DNA of 63,892 nt, taken from an uncultured Nitrospina sp. GTDB lineage: Bacteria; Nitrospinota; Nitrospinia; Nitrospinales; VA-1. A program made the translations under genes and the position numbers. Numbering within the stretch: position 1 is the first letter of the stretch; every line of letters begins with the position of its first letter. The stretch lies in contig CAJWQP010000005.1 in NCBI GenBank assembly GCA_913045445.1, forward strand, positions 1-63,892, in the 5' to 3' direction. The notes beneath the pieces are model-generated. The model was not told the origin of the DNA, did no database searches, and saw only the letters and a program-made list of their open reading frames with translations. Below, in pieces: positions 36,854-46,427 of this stretch.

Positions 36854-38599
36854 ATGGCTAGAAACAAAGAAAAAAATTCACACGTGAATCAGAATTCTCT
36901 TAAGGGACGTCTCATCCTAGTTTCGATTCTCTTTGCTTTATTTGGCGCGGGAATTGTGGGGAGATTGTTTTCCCTGCAGGTCATGCAACACGATGACCTT
37001 GTTTCTCGCTCAGAAAAACAACATCAGCGAACAGTCGAAATACATTATGGTCGGGGTTCTGTATTCGACCGCAACATGAACGAGTTGGCTACAAATATAA
37101 AAGCTGAATCTGTCTATGCGACACCGCAGAAAGTTGTAGACAAAAAACGAGCCGCCCGCGTTCTGGCCAAAGCGTTGAACCTGAATCATAAGTCGATCTA
37201 CAAAAAATTAAACTCGAAACGCCATTTCGTCTGGCTCAAACGCCAGGTGCTGCCTGCTGAAATCGCCAGGCTTAGGAAGAGTTCTCTTCCCGGGATTAAT
37301 TTTATTTCGGAAGACAAGCGTTTCTTCCCCAAACGAGAATTGGCTTCGGGAGTCGTTGGATTCAACGGGGTGGACAATCAGGGTTTGGGGGGAATCGAAC
37401 AGCGATATGACTCAACGCTCAAGGGAAACGTTGTCAAGGCGGTCATGGAAAAAGACGCGCGGGGGAAACTTGTCCAGTTCAACAAACAAGCAAACGGGCA
37501 GGTTTCGGGAAGTCGTAGCGTGGTCCTGGCAATTGACGAGGTGATCCAGTTTTTTACTGAACACCATTTAAAAAAGCAGGTCGCAAAGCACCAGGCTGAA
37601 TCCGGCGTTGCAATTGTAATGAATCCGAACACGGGAGAATTGTACGCCATTGCCAACGTGCCTCAGTACAACCCGAATAACTTCTCTGCTTACAAACGCA
37701 ACCTAAGGCGCAACCATGCGGTGTCGAGTGTTTACGAACCGGGATCAATTTTCAAGCCCATTGTTGCGGCAGCGTCAATCGATGCGGGTGTCGCCCGGCC
37801 TCAGGACACCTTCTTCTGCGAAAACGGAAAATTTAAAGTTGGCAACAAAACGGTTGGTGAGGCCGTTAACCATAAATACGGATGGCTGACGTTGCAGGAC
37901 ATCATCGTCAAGTCCAGCAATATTGGCTCCATAAAAATCGCACGCCAACTCGGTAAACAATCCTACTACGATTACATCCGGAAATTCGGGTTCGGTCAAA
38001 AAACTGGAATAGAACTGCCGGGTGAGGAGGGTGGTCTGCTCCATGAATTATCAGCGTGGGACCCGATGTCTCTGGCTTCTATTTCATTCGGGCAGGGAAT
38101 CGGTGTAACCCCGCTTCAAATGACAAACGCGATCAGCGCGATTGCCAATGGCGGAACGCTTATGGTCCCGCGTATCACGCGCGCGATCTTGAAAGACGGT
38201 CAAATAGAAAAACGTTTCGAACCCAAAGCCGTGCGAAGGGTAATTTCAATTCAATCCAGCAGGCAAGTGATAGACATACTCAAGCATGTGGTTAAGGACG
38301 GAACCGGGAAAAATGCCGCTGTCAAAGGATACGAGGTTGCCGGTAAAACGGGTACCGCGCAAAAATACGATGCCAAGACAGGGCGCTATTCAAAAACTGC
38401 CTATGTTTCCTCTTTTATCGGATTCGCTCCTGCCGATGCGGCGAAAGTGGCGATCCTGGTCATGATTGATAACCCAAAAGGCGTTCACTATGGTGGCTCG
38501 GTTGCCGCGCCGGTCTTCAGCAATATTGCCAGAGAGACATTACGCTACCTGAATGTGCCGTCAAGCGATCAACGCGTTTACATTCTGGACCGGGCATGA
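36854..38599 (+). CDS. ftsI: Peptidoglycan D,D-transpeptidase FtsI (class B PBP)
   Basis: 581 aa. TM anchor, SxxK (GSIFKP), SSN (KSSNIG), KTGT (GKTGTAQ). Confidence 0.94.
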   Translation: MARNKEKNSHVNQNSLKGRLILVSILFALFGAGIVGRLFSLQVMQHDDLVSRSEKQHQRTVEIHYGRGSVFDRNMNELATNIKAESVYATPQKVVDKKRAARVLAKALNLNHKSIYKKLNSKRHFVWLKRQVLPAEIARLRKSSLPGINFISEDKRFFPKRELASGVVGFNGVDNQGLGGIEQRYDSTLKGNVVKAVMEKDARGKLVQFNKQANGQVSGSRSVVLAIDEVIQFFTEHHLKKQVAKHQAESGVAIVMNPNTGELYAIANVPQYNPNNFSAYKRNLRRNHAVSSVYEPGSIFKPIVAAASIDAGVARPQDTFFCENGKFKVGNKTVGEAVNHKYGWLTLQDIIVKSSNIGSIKIARQLGKQSYYDYIRKFGFGQKTGIELPGEEGGLLHELSAWDPMSLASISFGQGIGVTPLQMTNAISAIANGGTLMVPRITRAILKDGQIEKRFEPKAVRRVISIQSSRQVIDILKHVVKDGTGKNAAVKGYEVAGKTGTAQKYDAKTGRYSKTAYVSSFIGFAPADAAKVAILVMIDNPKGVHYGGSVAAPVFSNIARETLRYLNVPSSDQRVYILDRA

Positions 38600-40188
38600 T
38601 GGGAAATTTTAACGTAACGCAAGTGTCCACTTGTCTCGAATCGATTCGCTCAAAAATAAATTTTCCTAAAGGAACTATTTGGAAAATGAATACTGCGTCA
38701 AACCAAAGTTTATCTGCGCTGATTCACGGATTTCCTGTGAACAACATTCATGGAATGTTGAATCGCGAAATTTCATCCGTTGTCTTTGACTCTCGTAAGG
38801 TTGAAGCTGGGAGTCTTTTTATTGCTGTTCATGGCTTCCAACAAGATGGTTTCAAATTCATTGACGATGCTATCGCTCGCGGAGCATCGGCCTTCGTGAC
38901 GGAAGCTTCTATAGCGGATCTAAAAAATTTGAAGTTGGACGAAAACAATATAACCGCCATCTGTGTGGACGACTGCCGAAGTGCCCTCGCATGGATTGGT
39001 TCGCAATTCTATCACCGCCCCTCCGACAGGATGGATGTTTACGGTGTAACGGGAACCAACGGGAAAACCACGGTCACATATATTCTGGACGCGATTCATA
39101 AAGTTCGTAAGGCAACATCAGGGATCATTGGAACCATTCACTATAGTTATGGCGATGCAGATATCACCGCACCCATGACCACGCCTGAGTCGCTTGACAT
39201 CAACCGCATGCTCCATGAAATGACTGTGCGTAAGATTCGCCGATGCTTTCTTGAAGTCTCGTCTCATTCCCTGGCGCTTAAAAGGGTGTACGGGATGCGT
39301 TTCGCTGTTGGCATCTTCACAAATTTGACCCGCGACCACCTGGACTTTCACGACACGATAGATGTCTATAAGGAAACGAAGAAAGGTTTTTTTCGCGACA
39401 ACTTCGTAGAAAAAATTGTGACTAACATTGACGATCCTGTAGGACGCGAAATCGCCAAAGAATTTTTCGGGGACATGCTGACCACCGGTATCGAACAAAG
39501 CGCCGATGTCATGGCTGAAAACTGTTTGTCATCGGAAACCGGGAGTTGCTTCACCTTGAAAACTCCTTCCGGGTCCTGCGAAATACAGACTCGTCTGCTG
39601 GGTCGCCACAATATATACAACCTGATTTCCGCCGCATCGGCGGCCCTTCTTCAGGGCATTCCGCTTGAAGAAATCAAAGCGGGGCTCCAGTCTATCGACA
39701 ACATCCCCGGTCGCTTTGAAAGGGTTCCTTGCGACCAGGATTTTTCAGTTGTCGTTGACTATGCTCACACCGATGATGCGCTTCGCAATGTACTGCAATC
39801 GGCGCAGGCCTTTACGCCGGGTCGCATCATCACGGTGTTTGGTTGCGGTGGAAACCGTGATCGCGGAAAACGAAAAGCGATGGGTGGCGTTGCTGTGGAA
39901 GCAAGCGGGTTCGCCATTGTCACTTCCGATAACCCGCGCTCTGAAGATCCGCAACGTATCGTGGATGACATTCTTGAAGGTATCCCCTCTTCCGCAAAGC
40001 AGGGTAAAGATTACGAAGTGATCGTTGATCGAAAAGAAGCGATTGGTTTCGCTATCGAACAGGCGCGACCAGGCGATCTGGTCATGATCGCAGGAAAAGG
40101 GCATGAGGATTATCAAATTTTGAATACGGGGAAAATTCATTTCGACGACCGGGAAGTCGCCGCTGAGGCGATCAGGAGATTGTCGTAA
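38596..40188 (+). CDS. murE: UDP-MurNAc-L-Ala-D-Glu:meso-DAP ligase MurE
   Basis: GVTGTNGKTT P-loop and DNPRSED (DAP-type). The start is uncertain: ATG 38596 overlaps the ftsI stop, or MNTASNQ at 38686. Confidence 0.93.
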   Translation: MMGNFNVTQVSTCLESIRSKINFPKGTIWKMNTASNQSLSALIHGFPVNNIHGMLNREISSVVFDSRKVEAGSLFIAVHGFQQDGFKFIDDAIARGASAFVTEASIADLKNLKLDENNITAICVDDCRSALAWIGSQFYHRPSDRMDVYGVTGTNGKTTVTYILDAIHKVRKATSGIIGTIHYSYGDADITAPMTTPESLDINRMLHEMTVRKIRRCFLEVSSHSLALKRVYGMRFAVGIFTNLTRDHLDFHDTIDVYKETKKGFFRDNFVEKIVTNIDDPVGREIAKEFFGDMLTTGIEQSADVMAENCLSSETGSCFTLKTPSGSCEIQTRLLGRHNIYNLISAASAALLQGIPLEEIKAGLQSIDNIPGRFERVPCDQDFSVVVDYAHTDDALRNVLQSAQAFTPGRIITVFGCGGNRDRGKRKAMGGVAVEASGFAIVTSDNPRSEDPQRIVDDILEGIPSSAKQGKDYEVIVDRKEAIGFAIEQARPGDLVMIAGKGHEDYQILNTGKIHFDDREVAAEAIRRLS

Positions 40189-40189
40189 G

Positions 40190-41575
40190 GTGATTGAAAT
40201 GAAAGCTGCGGACTGCTTAAAAGCTATTCGAGGAGAACTCGTCTCGGGAACCGGTGACAAGGTCTTCCGAGGTGTGTCTATCGACACGCGAACCCTGAAG
40301 GAGAACGAACTGTTTGTCTGTATTCGCGGCGACAGGTTTGACGGTCATGACTTCATCGAAGAAGCTCAAAATAAAAATGCGTCTGCAATTGTTCTTTCGC
40401 AAAGAAGCAACGCTGTATCAAAAAATAGTGACGCGCCTTCGGTCATCCGTGTCGATGACACGCTTAAAGCGCTACAGGAATTATCTTCGTTCCACAGAAA
40501 ACAAATTCCCGTGCGAGTTATTGGCATAACTGGAACCAATGGCAAATCCACTACAAAAGAAATGATAGCGTCCATTACGGAAACAAAATTCAAAACGATC
40601 AAGACAAAGGGCAACCTGAACAATCATATCGGGCTTCCCCTGAGCCTATTTCATCTTTCATCGGATGACAAGGTCGCTGTTCTTGAAATGGGCATGAGCG
40701 CGGCGGGAGAGATCAAGCGTCTTGCTGAAATAGCGCAACCGGAAATCGGTGTGCTCACCAATATCTCAGAAGGACATTTAGTCCAATTGAAAACTCTTAA
40801 GAATGTTCAGGCCGCCAAGGGAGAGCTTTACGACGCATTGAGCGAGCAGGGAACAGCTGTCGTCAACGCCGATGACCCGCTTGTGCTTGAACTTGCAAAA
40901 TCGGTTCGGGCCAGGGTTGTCACCTATGGCATTCATAACGAAGCTGACGTAAGAGCCGAAGGCATCCGCCCCATGAATAAAGAAGGGTTCGATTTCAACG
41001 TCCGTCTTTTCGATCAAACAATTTCTATTCGCCTCCCGTTCCTGGGCGCATGCAATATTTATAACGCGCTGGCCGCTATGGCGACTGGTTACTCACTGGG
41101 AATAGAACCGGAGGACATGAAAACCGGGCTCAGCAATGCCAGCTTGTTGTCTAACAGATATGAAATTACAGAATACCAAGGAGCAACAGTCATAAACGAT
41201 GCCTACAACGCGAATCCCCGATCAATGCAGGAAGCCTTAAAAACCTTGGCTGACTACCAATGTGAGGGACGCAAATTTTTTATCATCGGTGACATGCTTG
41301 AACTGGGAGAGTTGGCCGAGCCTGCCCACACAAAACTGGGCGAGGACATCGCAAAACACTCCATCGACTACCTTATTGCCGTTGGCGAGCTTTCGACTCA
41401 TGCGGCGAGTGGCGCCATCGTCTCTGGTATGGATAAAAAACAAGTTGCCACAGCCGCAGACCATAAATGCGCGGTGGCATTCGTAAAAAAACATATTCGC
41501 CGGGGTGACTGCCTGTTGGTCAAGGGTTCACGCGGATCGAGGATGGAAGAAGTTGTCAGAAGCTTGACAGTTTAA
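40190..41575 (+). CDS. murF: UDP-MurNAc-tripeptide:D-Ala-D-Ala ligase MurF
   Basis: 461 aa. GITGTNGKSTTKEM, DAYNANP. Confidence 0.94.
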   Translation: MIEMKAADCLKAIRGELVSGTGDKVFRGVSIDTRTLKENELFVCIRGDRFDGHDFIEEAQNKNASAIVLSQRSNAVSKNSDAPSVIRVDDTLKALQELSSFHRKQIPVRVIGITGTNGKSTTKEMIASITETKFKTIKTKGNLNNHIGLPLSLFHLSSDDKVAVLEMGMSAAGEIKRLAEIAQPEIGVLTNISEGHLVQLKTLKNVQAAKGELYDALSEQGTAVVNADDPLVLELAKSVRARVVTYGIHNEADVRAEGIRPMNKEGFDFNVRLFDQTISIRLPFLGACNIYNALAAMATGYSLGIEPEDMKTGLSNASLLSNRYEITEYQGATVINDAYNANPRSMQEALKTLADYQCEGRKFFIIGDMLELGELAEPAHTKLGEDIAKHSIDYLIAVGELSTHAASGAIVSGMDKKQVATAADHKCAVAFVKKHIRRGDCLLVKGSRGSRMEEVVRSLTV

Positions 41576-41600
41576 CAGCAACTAAAGAACGGATTGAACC

Positions 41601-42686
41601 ATGCTGTACCATATTTTTTATCCACTGAGTTCCGATTACTCGTTTTTGAACGTGTTTCGATACATCACGTTTCGATCCGCCTATTCGGGAATCACGGCTT
41701 TGGCGTTCAGTATGCTCATGGGAAGAATGGTTATCCGTATGCTCAGAATGTTTCAGGTCGGTGAAAAAATTCGTGGCGATGGACCCAAGAGTCATCTCGT
41801 TAAATCGGGAACTCCTACTATGGGTGGACTGCTCATTCTGTCAACGCTGATCGCATCCACCCTGCTCTGGGCCGACTTGACTAATCCTTATATATGGCTG
41901 GTCCTGACAGCGACTGTCGGATTTGGCGTGATCGGATTCATGGATGATGTCATGAAACTTAGAAAAGATGAAGGGATGACGGCAAAAGTCAAGCTGGCGC
42001 TACAAATTCTATTGAGTCTCGCCATCGGTATTTATCTGATTTATTTTGATCCAAGTCGAAGCGAATACGCAACCCGCTTGTATGTTCCTATCTTCAAAGA
42101 ATTCCAGCCCGACCTTGGCATCTGGTATCTCCTGCTGGTCGTTATAACGATCGTGGGAACGTCAAATGCAGTGAACCTCACCGATGGGCTGGATGGTCTG
42201 GCGATCGGTCCTATCATTATTGCCACGATCACTTACACCATGATTCTTTACCTTTGCGGACACTTCAACTTTGCCGAGTACCTGCGCATTCAGCATATCA
42301 AGGACGCCGGAGAAATTGCTGTATTCAGCTCGGCGGTGATAGGTGCTGGTCTTGGTTTTCTCTGGTTCAACGCTTACCCGGCACAAATATTTATGGGCGA
42401 TGTCGGGTCTCTGTCTTTAGGCGGACTGTTAGGGACGATTGCGGTGATTGCAAAACACGAGCTACTGCTTCTTCTGGTAGGAGGCATCTTTGTTATAGAG
42501 GCTCTCTCCGTCATCATCCAGGTAGGGTATTTCAAATATACCAATGGAAAACGTTTTTTCAAGATGGCGCCTTTGCACCATCATTTTGAACATACAGGTT
42601 GGGCTGAACCCAAGGTGATTGTACGTTTCTGGATCGTGGCCGTGGTTCTCGCCATGATCGGCCTGAGCACATTGAAGATGAGATAA
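41601..42686 (+). CDS. mraY: Phospho-N-acetylmuramoyl-pentapeptide transferase MraY
   Basis: 361 aa. GTPTMGG, NAVNLTDGLDGLA, MGDVGSLSLGG, PLHHHFE. Confidence 0.96.
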   Translation: MLYHIFYPLSSDYSFLNVFRYITFRSAYSGITALAFSMLMGRMVIRMLRMFQVGEKIRGDGPKSHLVKSGTPTMGGLLILSTLIASTLLWADLTNPYIWLVLTATVGFGVIGFMDDVMKLRKDEGMTAKVKLALQILLSLAIGIYLIYFDPSRSEYATRLYVPIFKEFQPDLGIWYLLLVVITIVGTSNAVNLTDGLDGLAIGPIIIATITYTMILYLCGHFNFAEYLRIQHIKDAGEIAVFSSAVIGAGLGFLWFNAYPAQIFMGDVGSLSLGGLLGTIAVIAKHELLLLLVGGIFVIEALSVIIQVGYFKYTNGKRFFKMAPLHHHFEHTGWAEPKVIVRFWIVAVVLAMIGLSTLKMR

Positions 42687-42689
42687 CTG

Positions 42690-44024
42690 ATGCAACTGGA
42701 AAACAAAAACATAACGGTGATTGGCATGGGCCGCACCGGGATCGCTACAGCTAACTTCCTGGCCGCGAAATGTGCTCTTGTCACGCTCATCGATTCCAAG
42801 CCTCGTGCAGAACTGGAAGACACTGTTCGATCCCTGAGTCCTGACGTGCAAACACTTTTTGGCTGTTCAGAACCTCCGGGATCAGCTGATCTGATCGTGC
42901 TCAGTCCCGGCGTAGACATTCATGCGCCTTTCCTGGAGAAAGCGCGTAAACAAGGCACTGAAATAATTAGCGAAATCGAACTGGCTTCAAGATTCACGCA
43001 AACGCCCATCATTGCGGTGACGGGTACGAACGGAAAATCTACGGTAACAACTCTAATCGGAAAAATTCTCGAGCGTACGGGCAAGAAGGTGGCTGTGGGC
43101 GGCAACCTGGGCGCTCCTTTTATTGGACTGCTGGACGAGGAACCGGTTGATTATTTCGTTCTTGAAATTTCAACTTTTCAGTTGGAAGGCGTTAAAACTT
43201 TCCGCCCGAATATCGCGATGATCCTCAACATCACACCCGATCATCTGGATCGTCACAATACCTTTGAGGACTACGCAGCCCTGAAGGGAAAGATTTCTGA
43301 ATCTCAAACGGAAGAGGACATTCTGATCCTCAACAGCGATGACGAAAATGTATTGAAACAGGGGACTCGCAGTAAAGCCAGAAAAGTTTTTTTCAGCCTG
43401 CTCGAAAAGGTCAATGAAGGCGCTTGCCTGGAAAACGATTCAGTAACCGTTTGCTCAGACCAATCAAAACAAAACCTGGTTTCTGTGGATGGGCTACAGC
43501 CAGCGATGCAATACCAGATCGAGAATGTATTGGCCGCAGTCGTTGCGACTTCTCTCGTCGGCGCAAAACCGGATGATATCGCAAGCGCTGTCTGTGAGTT
43601 TACCGGACTCGAACACCGCATCGAATGGGTGCGAACCGTCCGCGGAATCGACTTCATAAATGATTCAAAGGGAACCAACGTAGGTTCGGTGCATAAATCA
43701 TTAACGAGTTTTTCACGCCCTGTCATTTTGATCGCTGGCGGTAAGGATAAGGGCGAAGACTTTCAGGCCCTGAAAGGAATATTCAAGGAGAGGGTCAAGC
43801 ATCTGATCCTTATTGGAGAAACAAAAAATAAATTCCGGCTGATGCTCAATGGTTCATTCAGTTATGAAGACGCCGGAAATATGGAAGACGCTATTGGACG
43901 CGCTATGAGCAAGGCGAAAGCAGGAGATGTGGTATTGCTTTCGCCGGGTTGCGCCAGCTTCGACATGTTCAGGGATTTTGTTGAGCGCGGCAACCGATTC
44001 AAAGAAATTGTGAATCGGCTTTGA
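42690..44024 (+). CDS. murD: UDP-MurNAc-L-Ala:D-Glu ligase MurD
   Basis: 444 aa. N-terminal GMGRTG Rossmann motif, VTGTNGKSTV, NDSKGTN. Confidence 0.95.
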   Translation: MQLENKNITVIGMGRTGIATANFLAAKCALVTLIDSKPRAELEDTVRSLSPDVQTLFGCSEPPGSADLIVLSPGVDIHAPFLEKARKQGTEIISEIELASRFTQTPIIAVTGTNGKSTVTTLIGKILERTGKKVAVGGNLGAPFIGLLDEEPVDYFVLEISTFQLEGVKTFRPNIAMILNITPDHLDRHNTFEDYAALKGKISESQTEEDILILNSDDENVLKQGTRSKARKVFFSLLEKVNEGACLENDSVTVCSDQSKQNLVSVDGLQPAMQYQIENVLAAVVATSLVGAKPDDIASAVCEFTGLEHRIEWVRTVRGIDFINDSKGTNVGSVHKSLTSFSRPVILIAGGKDKGEDFQALKGIFKERVKHLILIGETKNKFRLMLNGSFSYEDAGNMEDAIGRAMSKAKAGDVVLLSPGCASFDMFRDFVERGNRFKEIVNRL

Positions 44025-44155
44025 GCAAAACCCTCCACTGGGTTTTGTCATTTGAGGAATTTGAGTTGGGTTGCCAGTTGCCTCGAATCTGCTGGTGAAC
44101 CTCGCTGAGGCAAACGGATTTTCAGGATTTAAGACCATGTTTTCTGGAGGAAACA

Positions 44156-45268
44156 TTGAACCGCCAAAAACTGAAACAACTTCATTGCGACTCGATACTT
44201 TTTTTCACGATTACCGTGCTGGTTTTCATCGGTCTCGTTATGGTGTTCAGTTCCAGCGGAATATACGCAATGGAAAAATACAACGATCCCTATTACTTCC
44301 TCAAGCGTCAGGCTATGTGGGTTGCGCTGGGGACCGTGATCATGCTCACGATGCGAAAAATAGATTACCGCTATATGGAAAAATACACCTACCTCATCAT
44401 GGGCACAACGTTCCTGATGCTGATTGCTGTAATGATGCCTGGCCTAGGAAAAGAGGTTGGTGGGGCCAGACGCTGGCTGACTCTGGGAGGTTTGACTTTC
44501 CAGCCATCGGAACTTGCCAAATTCGCGCTGGTGCTGTTCATCGCGAAGTCGTTGGTCAAACGATCCGACCAATTAAAAAACTTCGCTTACGGGTACCTGC
44601 CCAAGCTGATTGTTCTGGGGTTTTTCTTCGTACCCATTCTGTTTCAACCCGATTTCGGTACAGCAATGATTATATGCACCGTCACTTTCTCAATGCTCAT
44701 GATCGCGGGACTGCGCACGAAGTTTCTGGTCTATTCGGTTCTGGCGATCATTCCTTTCATCGTTGCCGCAATTATGGGAGCCGAATATCGGACACGACGA
44801 ATCCTTGCTTTTCTCGATCCATGGCAGGATCCGTCGGACACGGGCTTTCAGGCAATTCAATCGTTTTACGCATTTGGGCGCGGCGGGATATTCGGATCTG
44901 GAATAGGCGCCAGCAGTCAAAAATTGTTTTATCTCCCGGAAGCGCATACGGATTTCATTTTCTCGGTGATTGGCGAAGAACTTGGATTCATAGGAACGCT
45001 GATCATCGTTCTGCTGTTCTCAGTATTAATCTGGAGAGGGTTTGTCATTGCTTACCGCGCCAAGGATTCTTTCGGCGCTCATGTAGCAATTGGCCTGACT
45101 CTTTTGCTCGGCATCCAGGCATTTGTAAACATGGGGGTCGCTGTGGGCTTGCTTCCAACAAAAGGACTGACGCTTCCGTTTATCAGTATGGGCGGGTCGT
45201 CGCTGTTGGTCCTGATGCTTTCTATGGGAGTACTGCTGAACATATCAGAACAACCCGTCCAACGTTGA
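44156..45268 (+). CDS. ftsW: Peptidoglycan glycosyltransferase / cell division protein FtsW (SEDS)
   Basis: 370 aa. TTG start with GGAGG 5 nt upstream. FQPSELAK, LPEAHTDFIFSVIGEELG, PTKGLTLPFISMGGSS. Confidence 0.94.
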   Translation: MNRQKLKQLHCDSILFFTITVLVFIGLVMVFSSSGIYAMEKYNDPYYFLKRQAMWVALGTVIMLTMRKIDYRYMEKYTYLIMGTTFLMLIAVMMPGLGKEVGGARRWLTLGGLTFQPSELAKFALVLFIAKSLVKRSDQLKNFAYGYLPKLIVLGFFFVPILFQPDFGTAMIICTVTFSMLMIAGLRTKFLVYSVLAIIPFIVAAIMGAEYRTRRILAFLDPWQDPSDTGFQAIQSFYAFGRGGIFGSGIGASSQKLFYLPEAHTDFIFSVIGEELGFIGTLIIVLLFSVLIWRGFVIAYRAKDSFGAHVAIGLTLLLGIQAFVNMGVAVGLLPTKGLTLPFISMGGSSLLVLMLSMGVLLNISEQPVQR

Positions 45269-45278
45269 CGCACGGGCT

Positions 45279-46427
45279 ATGGGAAAAAAAGTCGTCATAG
45301 CAGGCGGGGGCACCGGGGGCCACTTGTATCCCGGCATCGCTCTCGCAAAAGCACTTAAGAGGAATGATATGGATATTGAAATCACTTTCGTTGGCACCAA
45401 ACAGGGTATCGAATCCAAGGTTCTTCCCAGGGAAGGTTTCAATTTAAAAACCATTCTCTCATCTGGTTTATTGGGAAAGAAAGGACTCGGCAGGTGGACT
45501 TCATTGTGCAAGCTCCCGATAGGAACGGCGCAGTCAATGTGTTTCCTTATCCGCAACCGCCCCAATCTCGCTGTCGGTGTTGGCGGCTACGCTTCCGCTC
45601 CGCTGGTGTTTTCAGCATGGTTATTGCGAATTCCAATCCTCATTCACGAACAAAACGCATTTCCTGGCATGGCGAACAAATGGCTGGGAAAAATCGCAGA
45701 TAAGGTTGCTCTTTCGTTTGAAGAATCGAAACGCTTTTTTCCTGATAACAAGGTGAACGTAACCGGCAACATGATCAGTGAAGAGCTCTGTCGCCCGAGG
45801 GAAGAATTCCCGCCGCCTTCAAAAGATCCTTTTGGCATCCTCATTCTTGGAGGCAGTCAGGGGGCGCACTCGATCAACATGGCTATGGTTGACGCGCTTG
45901 ATCTTCTCGCGGACAGGAAAGAAGACATACACATCACTCACCAGACCGGGGAAGCTGACTATGAATCTGTCAGGAGCATGTACAAGGCGAAAGGTTTTAA
46001 AGCTGATGTTCAGGCATTCATAACGGATATGCCAGTGAGATACAGGCTTGCATCCCTTGTCATCTGCAGGTCGGGAGCAACAACGCTGGCTGAAATCACG
46101 GCGGCGGGGCGGGTCTCGATTCTGATTCCTTTCCCTCACGCAACCCACAACCACCAGGAACACAACGCTCGTGTTGTCGAAGCCGCCAATGCAGGAGAGT
46201 TGATTCTGGACCACGAGGTTTCCGGTGAACGGCTTGCTCAATCCATCAAGAGGGCAATGGACGAACCGGAACAGATTCAGGAAATGGAAGACAACAGCTA
46301 CGGACTCGGAAATCGCGAAGCCACTGAAGAGGTACGGAAGATTTGTCTGGAACTGATGGAGAACGCGAGAAAAGCCGCGGGCAATGATAACAAACCCAAG
46401 GGAAGATATGTTTTGTCATGTTTCTAG
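45279..46427 (+). CDS. murG: UDP-GlcNAc:lipid I GlcNAc transferase MurG
   Basis: 382 aa. GGTGGHLYPG, HEQNAFPG, CRSGATTLAE. Confidence 0.95.
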   Translation: MGKKVVIAGGGTGGHLYPGIALAKALKRNDMDIEITFVGTKQGIESKVLPREGFNLKTILSSGLLGKKGLGRWTSLCKLPIGTAQSMCFLIRNRPNLAVGVGGYASAPLVFSAWLLRIPILIHEQNAFPGMANKWLGKIADKVALSFEESKRFFPDNKVNVTGNMISEELCRPREEFPPPSKDPFGILILGGSQGAHSINMAMVDALDLLADRKEDIHITHQTGEADYESVRSMYKAKGFKADVQAFITDMPVRYRLASLVICRSGATTLAEITAAGRVSILIPFPHATHNHQEHNARVVEAANAGELILDHEVSGERLAQSIKRAMDEPEQIQEMEDNSYGLGNREATEEVRKICLELMENARKAAGNDNKPKGRYVLSCF

